Shown: piece after piece, positions 1-8,762 of the stretch
Layout of the letters: every line of letters begins with the position of its first letter
How positions within the stretch are numbered: position 1 is the first letter of the stretch
Virus record (IMG/VR): IMGVR_UViG_3300042485_004207
Span: 1-26,426 of that record
DNA from: a virus
Lineage: Duplodnaviria > Caudoviricetes
DNA: 26,426 bases
Strand: one strand, 5' to 3'
Program-made: the position numbers and the translations under genes
The notes under the pieces: model-generated
The model's database searches: none
Told to the model about the DNA's origin: nothing
Seen by the model: the letters and a program-made list of their open reading frames with translations, nothing else

Positions 1-122
1 TGGAGCGCATCATCAACTAAATCATCGATCTGGTCGTCATCAACGTTAATTTCCAGTACAGGTGCTCCTAATCTTCTTAGGCAGTAATCAATTAATTGTT
101 GTCTGGTTGCTGGTTTTGCCAT
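1..122 (-). CDS. gp13: T4-like neck protein gp13, N-terminal part (runs off window)
   Basis: Manual translation from the ATG at 122-120 gives MAKPATRQQLIDYCLRRLGAPVLEINVDDDQIDDLVDDAL, matching the gp13 N-terminal pattern (LRRLGAPVxxINV). The start overlaps the upstream stop (TAATG). It is not in the ORF track. Confidence 0.9.
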   Translation of the reverse strand, partial: MAKPATRQQLIDYCLRRLGAPVLEINVDDDQIDDLVDDAL

Positions 123-730
123 TAGTAAGTACCCCCATCTATTGCATTTGACCAAGTAGGAATATTGCTATTATCCGTTGTCATTATATAGTTTGTATAA
201 TCTATTCCATTCTGTGGACTATTTGTAGAAACCATTAGTCCACTGGAATTGAAATATGGCATTCCGTTGGTATAATATGGTCCATAATATAATCCACCAG
301 ATACTGTGGCAATTCCAGATATAATCGCGTTTCTGGCAGTAAATTCATCAAACTTTAGGTCATCACTTACATATAAGTCGCCATCAACATATACATCACT
401 TTTAAATGTTGTCAGACCTACAAATGTAGAAACCCCCGTTACATTTAAGTTATTGACGGTGGCAATACCAGTTACTCTACCATTTCTAGCGGTAAATTCG
501 TCAAATATTAAATCATCACCAACTCTTAAGTCTCCATCAATAAAGACATCATTTTTAAAAGTACTTACGCCAACAAAAGTAGATATGCCACTTACATGAA
601 GTTCTCTTATAGAACCAATGCCACCAATTACATTTTCTGCAGTTACGGCTCTACCACCAGCTGATCCGGAAATGCTAGAAATTACTTTTACGGCATTTTG
701 TTGTCCAACTCTAACTTTGATATCGGACAT
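122..730 (-). CDS. Virion fibre-like structural protein, 202 aa, with a 51-aa tandem duplication and C-terminal IDGGTY
   Basis: ORF track; beta-rich Gly/Thr/Val repeats (VSGISTFVG.../VTGVSTFVG...); terminal DGGxY motif typical of cyanophage fibre proteins; TAATG coupling at both ends. Confidence 0.65.
   Translation of the reverse strand: MSDIKVRVGQQNAVKVISSISGSAGGRAVTAENVIGGIGSIRELHVSGISTFVGVSTFKNDVFIDGDLRVGDDLIFDEFTARNGRVTGIATVNNLNVTGVSTFVGLTTFKSDVYVDGDLYVSDDLKFDEFTARNAIISGIATVSGGLYYGPYYTNGMPYFNSSGLMVSTNSPQNGIDYTNYIMTTDNSNIPTWSNAIDGGTY
296..601 (-). repeat. Two tandem 153-nt (51-aa) repeats inside the 202-aa ORF
   Basis: LHVSGISTFVGVSTFKNDVFIDGDLRVGDDLIFDEFTARNGRVTGIATVNN vs LNVTGVSTFVGLTTFKSDVYVDGDLYVSDDLKFDEFTARNAIISGIATVSG; 34/51 identical by manual count. 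Confidence 0.9.
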
Positions 731-1074
731 TAGCGAGTAACTCCTTCTGTTACGATAACCATTCCTTCAATTACTCTATTCTTGACTCCAAATTCATCCG
801 TAATTACAACATCATAAATGTATCTTCCTGCCTTTAAAGCAGTCGTTTGTGTAGCAGTTAGTCGCAGCAAAATTTGACCTATTGTTGGTGGGGACTCAAT
901 AGTTGCGGTAAAAGATGTTGAGCTGGTGCTTCCAGCCCATTTTCTCATCTGAGCTGCTACTGTGTAACCAGTCAAATCAAAGGAAGAATTTGTATCGGTT
1001 CCTTCTAAAGTAAATGATTGACTGAAATCGGCTCCAGAATTTACGACTAGATTATTTACATATACTGCAGCCAT
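730..1074 (-). CDS. Small Ig-like/BppU-N-like virion structural protein, 114 aa
   Basis: ORF track; pattern NLVVNSGADF...DLTGYTVAAQMRK...LTATQT..LKAGRYIYDVVI...RVIEG is typical of small phage fibre-adaptor/baseplate proteins; late promoter upstream. Confidence 0.65.
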   Translation of the reverse strand: MAAVYVNNLVVNSGADFSQSFTLEGTDTNSSFDLTGYTVAAQMRKWAGSTSSTSFTATIESPPTIGQILLRLTATQTTALKAGRYIYDVVITDEFGVKNRVIEGMVIVTEGVTR

Positions 1075-1097
1075 CTATTCTTTAAAGCTCTACTTTT

Positions 1098-1105
1098 TAT
1101 TTATA
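1098..1105 (-). promoter_or_regulatory. T4-type late promoter TATAAATA
   Basis: Exact T4 gp55 late consensus (tatttata on the plus strand), overlapping the stop of the upstream ORF and about 24 nt before the ATG at 1074. Confidence 0.8.
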
Positions 1106-1277
1106 TTTCAAGTGCTCCCAAAGATTGAATGACTTCTTGTTGTTTCAAATATAATTTGCAATATAGTTTTGAAAAATTTTTAAGTTCATCAAAATTCATC
1201 TCATCAATGAGTCTTGAATGTTTTTCGTATTCAAATAATTTATTAATGGTATCAAGTGTAATATCATCTGGATCCAT
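1101..1277 (-). CDS. nblA: NblA-like (phycobilisome degradation adaptor-like) small protein, 58 aa
   Basis: AAGGAG SD 7 nt before the ATG at 1277 (preferred over the TTG at 1283). MDPDDITLDTINKLFEYEKHSRLIDEMNFDELKNFSKLYCKLYLKQQEVIQSL fits the size, two-helix pattern and F...M..D..K.F...Q.L spacing of NblA as recalled from memory. Confidence 0.55.
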   Translation of the reverse strand: MDPDDITLDTINKLFEYEKHSRLIDEMNFDELKNFSKLYCKLYLKQQEVIQSLGALEI

Positions 1278-1467
1278 TGACAATCTCCTTTAATAAAGAT
1301 TTAATTTCATTGATATCTTCTTTAATCTTGTCTAATTCGTTTTTTTGTGTCTCTCTATTGTTTAAACTATTTACATATTGGTTGTATGCATTACTGTCGC
1401 AATTTAAAATTGCTCCGGAATTTTCATCACGATATAAATTTGGATGTCCTTTTACTGGTATCATCAT
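1264..1467 (-). CDS. Hypothetical phage protein, about 67 aa, with a C-terminal coiled coil
   Basis: The ORF track gives 1264..1482. The likely start is the ATG at 1467, overlapping the TGA of the 2431-aa gene (ATGA). MMIPVKGHPNLYRDENSGAILN...ELDKIKEDINEIKSLLKEI shows a heptad pattern. Confidence 0.7.
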   Translation of the reverse strand: MMIPVKGHPNLYRDENSGAILNCDSNAYNQYVNSLNNRETQKNELDKIKEDINEIKSLLKEIVNGSR

Positions 1468-4400
1468 CGGATTGCAATACACCTCAAATCTTTAAAACGA
1501 GGAGGATAAGCCTGATTTGTAGAAGACATTACGATTTTGATTGTAAATCCACTAAATTGACCAAGATTATTGGCAGAAAACTCATATTCTAAAAATTGAT
1601 TTTGATTACTTGCAGGAACAAAAATATCTGGTAATCCACTATTATTTGCAGGATCTATAATATCAAGATATCCATCGTTATTATTGTCTATTGTTAAATT
1701 ATTATATCCTGGGAATAATTCAAATGATTGTTCAACTTCACTAGAATCTGCTCTTAATAAACTGTAAAGAACTCTAAAATCCGCAGAAAAATGTCTATAT
1801 GCTGAAAGAATCACTTTAAGAGAAGTTGCTGGTTGAGCCAATCTCACAGTATTTGAAACATATATTGCAGCATGAGGATCTTCTAGAATAGAGTTAACTC
1901 TACCATCCTGCTGATAATTAGTTATTGGAGAATTGATTCTATTACTATGGAAATCAGTAAATGATGTATCTAAAAATATTTGTGGAGAAACATACTTATT
2001 ACTGGTACGCAATGTAATTGCTGTTGTAAATGATTTATTTCTTGGTAGAGAAGTTAAAAATGTGTCTTCATTTACTTTTGATGCAACTATTCTAGACGAG
2101 GAGAGGGTATTTAGTGAGTTTAACTGAATGTCTTCATATCCTAAATCTTGGAATGAAACTTCATTTCCACTAATGCTGGTGCCACTGACCGATCTAATTT
2201 TTGCTGAAACGGAAGTTTCTGCTCCCGGAGTTCCAATATCATAGAATGGAATTATTGCATCGTATTGTATATTTTCTGATGCAAAAACTTTAGATCCTCC
2301 AGAAGTTATTTCTGAAGAAAATGATAGTTGTGGATATGCTGTAGGTGTGTTATCACTACTCCTATTGACTCCGTTGGAAGTTCTATCAATTTCAATATAA
2401 TAATTATCAATATCCAATCCAGTATCACTAATATCATGGGTTGTATTAATTCTTCTCAGGGAAATTCCGTTGAATTCATATTTGTATACCAAAGTATTTG
2501 TAGAATGTGGAATAGCAAGGGTTGAAGATTGTCCTCTCGTTATAGTCTCCAAAGTGCCAGATCCAATACTTTCATATCTGATGATTTCATTTTCAATGAG
2601 TGCATATCCGGGATTTGTTCCATTTACACTCTTACCTTCAAACGTTGAGAAGTTTGCGGTACTAGCAACAGAAATTGATGTTGCAGATGCAGTTATAGAT
2701 TGGGATAACGTTGTAAATTCTGCATTTGGAGATACTCCACTAATTGAAACTTTATTGTTTGGGGCATACATTCCATGATTAAAATGATTTAATCTAGCAA
2801 AGTTTCCACTGTAGATGGAACCTACTGGAGTAGAACTTCTAATAACTGTCGATGCTAAAGAAACTGAGTTATTAGATGTATCAAAGTAAACCAGATTTGC
2901 CGTTCCATCTGCAGTAAATGCCTCTCCTTGGACATTGTTGAGGAAAAGGGTATCAATACCATTGTTATTGCCCGTAATTGTAATTCTAGCGTCTCTACCA
3001 CTATTGCTTGAAACCGATGAAGTTACGATTCCAACTACATCTCCAACTGCATATCCATTTCCAGCACTGACAATTGATGCTGCAGTAATTGCTCCGCCAG
3101 AAGCGGTTATATTTAATGTGAGACCAGATCCATTTCCAATAATATTGTATGTTGAAACGCTAGTGTCCGAAACGTAATTTGATCCTGCTGTGGTAACTCC
3201 TACAGAAGAAACTGAGCATCCAGTACCAACAATATAACCATAATTATATGTTTTAATGCTTTCACTAATTTTCCTTCCAGTCGTTAGAATTCCAACCATA
3301 GCGGAACTGGTGGTTGTCGTAATGCCAATGTTTACTTTTCTTGGAAATACTGTAAGTGGATTATTTTGTAGATTTGAGATATATCCATTACTTTCATTTA
3401 AAGTTGGATTATAGAAATATGCAGTGGATGGCGTATTGGTGACAAAATTTGCTCTATATAAAGTAAATTTCATGTCCTGATATTGGTCCGCAGTCCAAAT
3501 AGATCCATTTTGGGATTTAAAAAGACTTCCCATAGCAAATTGTTGGGTATATATAACAGCTTCAGAATCTGGAAGATTTTTAGTTTGTATTGTTTTTTTA
3601 CCCATTTCGGCAATAAAAACTTCATATTCTATACTTTCTGGAGCCAATAAGACAAGAGCATATTCTAAACCAGGGGCTAGGTAAATAGGATAATCAAATG
3701 TTGCTTTTGTTACTGCAGTTGCATCATCTGAAATTTGAATTTGATCAGGTCTAAGAGTAACGGGATTTCCAACTACAGTTGTTGTAGGCGTGCCCAATTC
3801 AACGGTTCTTATTTCAACTGTAACAGGGTTATTCCCACTATCTTTTTTATAGAAGAATAAATCTAATTCCGTTAAAAATCCACCATCTTGATCCACCGTA
3901 AAAGTTTGAGCAAGAGGATCTTTTCCTCCACCCCTATCTTGTTGGGGGAATTGTGTTTGCTCGAAGTTTGTTGTTACTCTTGTTATATTAGTTGTAGTTA
4001 GACGAGTAGTAGTTACTGTTGTTGTATTTGTAATCGTTGTCTCATACAATTCTAAAGTTCCGTCTGAAACATAATTGGTTTCGGCAGTAGAAACTGTAGT
4101 GCTTCCCGGCACAGCAACTTCATTTGTGGGACTAGAAGTAATTTTATATGTTTTTGTGCCAGTGTTAATTCTTACATCTGGAGCTGGAGTAGTATTAGGA
4201 TCTCTAATGAAGAAAGAACCAATTAAATCTCCATAGTTGTCAGATATCAGTCTGAGATCTTTTACGTATGCTATCGCTCCGCTTGTCTGCCCAACAAGCT
4301 TAGCACCTTTTACAAGATATCCAGAATAAAGACCCTGTGCTTCTTCTGATATTGAATATGTATCAAGATTTAAAATTTTAGATGAAGCACTATAAGCATC

Positions 4401-7400
4401 TGGTATAGATTCAGATCTTGAATAAGGATTAACTGTAAATTTGGTTGTTGGTGAATTAAAAGGTCCAATTTTATGAGATGGCATTGCCACCCTAAAGGAA
4501 ATTATTTTATTGTTTTGATTATCATATCCAATAACAGTTTCTCCAATTGTAAATGCAGATGAAGCGCCATAATTTTCTAAAGATTCACTATTTGCAATTT
4601 CAATAAGTTTAGGAATAAAATCTACTGATCCATTACCGTCTAAAAATTGGTAATATCTAGTATATGGTTTTAAACTAGTAATTGAAAATTCAGTATTTCT
4701 AGATCTCATATATTCTTCGGCACGAGATTCTACTAATCTTGTAGAACTAGTGCTTCTAACAGAAGAACTGGCAGTTTCAGTTACTGTTTGAGAAAATTCA
4801 GTTGAAAGTTCAGTTCTACTTGCATTAGCGCCATTGTCAACTCTAACTGTCCTGTCACCTAAAACGGTATTATCTCTTTCAACTAAAACAAAGTCAGTAA
4901 CAGATATCGTTTTATTTGGTAGTTGTACAGTTCTTACCCAGTTATCCCTATCAGGAGATAGTTTAATTGATCCTTTATATGAAATTACATGAAATGGATT
5001 AATATTTTCAACTTGAGTCGCAAGAGGTTGATCAATCCATTTTTCTGATGTATATTTAAGAGTAACGGTGTCTCCCGTTTTTTGTACGTTTGAATCTATT
5101 AAGTTATAGTTGGTGGAAAGATCAATTTCTTCATCTGTAGTATTAAGTGCTGGGGCAAGATAATTTTTAAGGCTATTGCGAGAAATAATAGGTCTCATTT
5201 CTTGCAACTCTGGATCTATCTCAAGAAGTGATAAGTTTAAATTAACTCTTTCATAATTTTTAAAATCATCTACAAAAAATCCAGTTTTAAATCTGTTAAA
5301 TCCTTGAGAATCTTGTACCTGTAATGTTTGAGTACTTAGCTCTAGAAGTGATAAGGAAGTTATTCTTTCAAGATTCTTAACCCTATTTTCAATGAGACCA
5401 ATGTCTCTCATTGTATATCTTCTATTGTCTACTAATGACAATGTTGCACTTTTTGGAGTATAGAGATATGGTGGAAGATTAATTGTTGCAATCTCCATCA
5501 CATCATCAATTTTAATAGGAGATTTTGGATTTGAAGAAGAATCTCCCTGAATATAGGTAAATTCTCCATTTTTGTTAAGATAAACTTTATCTACTCGTCC
5601 AATATAATAATTGTATCCAATAATAGTGCTTTCATTGGGGGTTAGATTTAACTTAATCGAGGAACTAAAGTTTCTGTTTGAAAAATCAAATGGAGAAGAT
5701 GAAGATCCAGAAAAAACTGAAACTCTGGGTCTAAAGTCTAGAGTATCCGATGCCCTTAAATTTTTGTTTCCAAGCAGAGGAACATCGTTGGCAAATTGCT
5801 CTTTTTGATAGCTCAATACAGTAAACACATCTCCATTATCCGTGGAGGGCACACTAAAATAATCAAAAACAACTAAAATTCTCTTAGAAGGTTCTGTTTC
5901 TCCTTCATTTCTTACAATTCTGGAGTAGTCATAGTATTGATCCTTTTGACCTTTGTCTAACTTAAATCTATTTGTAATATCATTGTAACTCCCTATAGTA
6001 ATAAAATCAATTTCTCCGGTAATATTTGACTCCTCAAATGTAACACTTTCGTTAGTTAAAAATCTATTTGAATTTAAATATACAACACCAACACTATTTG
6101 TAGATCTTGTAACTACTCTGGCTACACAACCGCTTTCAGATCCTAGAATATTTTCCCCAATAATAGCGTTTCCCCCAATATTTAAAACACTACTAAAAGA
6201 TATAGAATCAAGAGAAGGATTGGATGTGTTTAAAGATTCATAAACTGCTATAATGTTTGCAACATCTGGATAGTTAAGTGAGATTTCTTGATCTTGCACC
6301 CTCAATCCATAATATGGATTATATTCAAGACCATCATTGATAGAAGTGCTAATTCCACTACCAGATTGTGGGTATTTTGAATAAATTACGTTAATTGTTT
6401 GACTTCTATTATATTGCTTTTCTTTGCTTTGAACCCCATTTTTAATAAATGTTGCGTTAATTGATGAAGTGGTTTTACCAGACGTAAGATTTGATAAAGT
6501 AACTTGATTATTGGATAATGAAAACTGATCTGATGTTAGCGATTGAGTTGTGCCATCAGTGTAATGCACAGAATAACGCTCTTCATCAAACGCTTGGAAT
6601 AAAGCGGTTGTTAAACCTGATGGTAGAGAAAAATCAGATACTGATAAAACAATTGGACTACTTGATGACTTAGCACTCGTTGATTGAGCACTAAAAGTTA
6701 AAATAGAATCATTCAAATCTATTGATGATAGATTTGAATTTGGAACTTCTGCATATAAGAATCCTTTTTCAAGATTATTGATTGAAGGAGTCCCAACACT
6801 GAAAGATATATTTGTAGAAACACCAATCGATCCATCACAAACACCACTGACACTTGCAACACTTGCAACCGTCATCGAAGATCCAGTTAAACTAACACTA
6901 GTTACTCTATTAAAATTTTCTAAAGATCCTGTTGGTGTTTGATATCTGATAATACTTCCGGGTTTGATTGAATTAAAGAATTTACCTGGGGAAGTTATAA
7001 CTCCACCAGCAGTTATATTAACCGTATCGGCAGCATTAAAACCAATTGGTAATTGCTTTCCTAAAACAGAATCTCCCATAAAGGCAGTAGTAAATCCAGA
7101 TACTGCCGTGGATTGATACACTTGCTTGATATCTTGACTGTCATATACGGTGATATTCGCAATTGATCTGGGATACAATTCTAACCCGTTAATAATAATC
7201 TGCTCACCCTTTACAAAACTTCCAGAAGTTTGGCGTAAATTGACAGTAGTTGTGCCATCTCCAGCAGAGACTGCATATCCACTTGCACCACTACTCTTTC
7301 CTTTAATAAAAGATGTTGCTGGCAACTGAGATATAGATAATGCTTGATTTAGAATTAATGTTGTATAAGTTTGAATATCATAAAGATATAAATCCCAGTT

Positions 7401-8759
7401 TGTAGAAGCAGAAGAATATGCAGAATCCGTCAGTCTAAAATTATAAACCTTGGCATCTCCAATTTTTGTTGTAGAACTTGGATTTCCCGATGAGCTTCTT
7501 CTGACAGAATGTAATTCTAATGATTGATTTTGTTTCGGTGATCCTGTTATATTATTAATTCTCAACAAGTTTCCCATTTCAAATGGAATACTTACATTTT
7601 CAACACTTTGAGTTTCTCTAGGTTTTGGTACATCTAAAATGGTAGTAGAAACCTTTTCAATGTCATATCCTCTGACGTATGCTTTGCCGGGAGACAATTT
7701 AACACACATTAAATCATCTGATGGTGTATTTCCATTTTCTGTTTTTTGATTTTCAAAAAATAAACCATTATTTCCAAGTCTGTTATTTAAAGAATCATGT
7801 AAGGAAATTTTAAAAGGAGTTACTGAATAGTTTCCCGATTCGTCAAAAGTTCTTTGTGCCAAATAATCTTTAATCAAAGAGTATTGCGTATTTGTATTTA
7901 ATTTTTTGACTTGCCCTGCGTCTAATCTAAGAAGTTCAATAAAATCTACGTCAGTATCAACACTATCAATTGTTTTTTTGGTTAAAGATAGACCTATTTT
8001 AAATCTATCCGCTCCAGGAGCAGCATAGTTTGTAAATCCTTTTGCATTATCATAAAGAGAGTCATCTTCTTTTGCTGTTATGATTTCTTCAGATACTTTA
8101 AGACCAACTCGATATGATGGTGTGTTTGTATAGTAATCTAAAATAATCGTTTGCTTAGAAATATTTACAAAAGTTCCTCTTACAAAATAAATTCCAGTGT
8201 CAATAGAAACTGCAGACCCAACGGCGGTAGCATCGGAAGAAATTAAAGATGCAAATGGGTTTCCAGCTACAATGGTTGTATTTCCATATACTACATTTTC
8301 ACTTGCAAACAGTGATTCTCCATTTTGAAATGGTGTAATATCAAAATTATTACCAGAATCAAGATATTTTACGTATAATGTAACATACTGTAAATTATTA
8401 ATTGAGTCTGGTATTTCAATTTTTTGAATTGTTCCAGTTACACCAGAAATTTGCCCAGTAACTTTCTTGCCTAAAAATTTATTGATGTATAGTGAAATAT
8501 TGACACCAAAGTTTGATGGGTTTAATTTAACAGCATTGAACTGTGAATCATATGTTAAGTTTCCAGGAATTACTACAGATCCTTCTTTAAAAATATGACT
8601 ACCAAACGATTCAATCTGATTTTGTAGAATAGATTGAATATTATTTAATTCTCTTGCTTGGACGGGTCTTCCTGGATTAAAAAGAACTTTGTAAAAGTTC
8701 TTTTCGGCGTCAAAATCGTCAAAGTATGGGCTTACATTTAAATTTGTTTTTTGTGCCAT
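1464..8759 (-). CDS. Large virion structural protein, VrlC-like / DUF4815-type, 2431 aa
   Basis: N-terminus (NLNVSPYFDDFD...YKVLFNPGRPVQARELN..Q), RTFDESGNY, APGADRFKI, RRYTMRDIG, GFFVDDF and DPLAQTF motifs are characteristic of this family; located directly after gp8. Confidence 0.8.
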   Translation of the reverse strand: MAQKTNLNVSPYFDDFDAEKNFYKVLFNPGRPVQARELNNIQSILQNQIESFGSHIFKEGSVVIPGNLTYDSQFNAVKLNPSNFGVNISLYINKFLGKKVTGQISGVTGTIQKIEIPDSINNLQYVTLYVKYLDSGNNFDITPFQNGESLFASENVVYGNTTIVAGNPFASLISSDATAVGSAVSIDTGIYFVRGTFVNISKQTIILDYYTNTPSYRVGLKVSEEIITAKEDDSLYDNAKGFTNYAAPGADRFKIGLSLTKKTIDSVDTDVDFIELLRLDAGQVKKLNTNTQYSLIKDYLAQRTFDESGNYSVTPFKISLHDSLNNRLGNNGLFFENQKTENGNTPSDDLMCVKLSPGKAYVRGYDIEKVSTTILDVPKPRETQSVENVSIPFEMGNLLRINNITGSPKQNQSLELHSVRRSSSGNPSSTTKIGDAKVYNFRLTDSAYSSASTNWDLYLYDIQTYTTLILNQALSISQLPATSFIKGKSSGASGYAVSAGDGTTTVNLRQTSGSFVKGEQIIINGLELYPRSIANITVYDSQDIKQVYQSTAVSGFTTAFMGDSVLGKQLPIGFNAADTVNITAGGVITSPGKFFNSIKPGSIIRYQTPTGSLENFNRVTSVSLTGSSMTVASVASVSGVCDGSIGVSTNISFSVGTPSINNLEKGFLYAEVPNSNLSSIDLNDSILTFSAQSTSAKSSSSPIVLSVSDFSLPSGLTTALFQAFDEERYSVHYTDGTTQSLTSDQFSLSNNQVTLSNLTSGKTTSSINATFIKNGVQSKEKQYNRSQTINVIYSKYPQSGSGISTSINDGLEYNPYYGLRVQDQEISLNYPDVANIIAVYESLNTSNPSLDSISFSSVLNIGGNAIIGENILGSESGCVARVVTRSTNSVGVVYLNSNRFLTNESVTFEESNITGEIDFITIGSYNDITNRFKLDKGQKDQYYDYSRIVRNEGETEPSKRILVVFDYFSVPSTDNGDVFTVLSYQKEQFANDVPLLGNKNLRASDTLDFRPRVSVFSGSSSSPFDFSNRNFSSSIKLNLTPNESTIIGYNYYIGRVDKVYLNKNGEFTYIQGDSSSNPKSPIKIDDVMEIATINLPPYLYTPKSATLSLVDNRRYTMRDIGLIENRVKNLERITSLSLLELSTQTLQVQDSQGFNRFKTGFFVDDFKNYERVNLNLSLLEIDPELQEMRPIISRNSLKNYLAPALNTTDEEIDLSTNYNLIDSNVQKTGDTVTLKYTSEKWIDQPLATQVENINPFHVISYKGSIKLSPDRDNWVRTVQLPNKTISVTDFVLVERDNTVLGDRTVRVDNGANASRTELSTEFSQTVTETASSSVRSTSSTRLVESRAEEYMRSRNTEFSITSLKPYTRYYQFLDGNGSVDFIPKLIEIANSESLENYGASSAFTIGETVIGYDNQNNKIISFRVAMPSHKIGPFNSPTTKFTVNPYSRSESIPDAYSASSKILNLDTYSISEEAQGLYSGYLVKGAKLVGQTSGAIAYVKDLRLISDNYGDLIGSFFIRDPNTTPAPDVRINTGTKTYKITSSPTNEVAVPGSTTVSTAETNYVSDGTLELYETTITNTTTVTTTRLTTTNITRVTTNFEQTQFPQQDRGGGKDPLAQTFTVDQDGGFLTELDLFFYKKDSGNNPVTVEIRTVELGTPTTTVVGNPVTLRPDQIQISDDATAVTKATFDYPIYLAPGLEYALVLLAPESIEYEVFIAEMGKKTIQTKNLPDSEAVIYTQQFAMGSLFKSQNGSIWTADQYQDMKFTLYRANFVTNTPSTAYFYNPTLNESNGYISNLQNNPLTVFPRKVNIGITTTTSSAMVGILTTGRKISESIKTYNYGYIVGTGCSVSSVGVTTAGSNYVSDTSVSTYNIIGNGSGLTLNITASGGAITAASIVSAGNGYAVGDVVGIVTSSVSSNSGRDARITITGNNNGIDTLFLNNVQGEAFTADGTANLVYFDTSNNSVSLASTVIRSSTPVGSIYSGNFARLNHFNHGMYAPNNKVSISGVSPNAEFTTLSQSITASATSISVASTANFSTFEGKSVNGTNPGYALIENEIIRYESIGSGTLETITRGQSSTLAIPHSTNTLVYKYEFNGISLRRINTTHDISDTGLDIDNYYIEIDRTSNGVNRSSDNTPTAYPQLSFSSEITSGGSKVFASENIQYDAIIPFYDIGTPGAETSVSAKIRSVSGTSISGNEVSFQDLGYEDIQLNSLNTLSSSRIVASKVNEDTFLTSLPRNKSFTTAITLRTSNKYVSPQIFLDTSFTDFHSNRINSPITNYQQDGRVNSILEDPHAAIYVSNTVRLAQPATSLKVILSAYRHFSADFRVLYSLLRADSSEVEQSFELFPGYNNLTIDNNNDGYLDIIDPANNSGLPDIFVPASNQNQFLEYEFSANNLGQFSGFTIKIVMSSTNQAYPPRFKDLRCIAIR

Positions 8760-8762
8760 TGG

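Noticed and set aside
296-601. Diversity-generating retroelement TR/VR pair or CRISPR-like array
   Set aside because: The repeats are in-frame tandem coding duplications with differences not restricted to adenines. No reverse transcriptase, cas gene or repeat-spacer pattern was seen.
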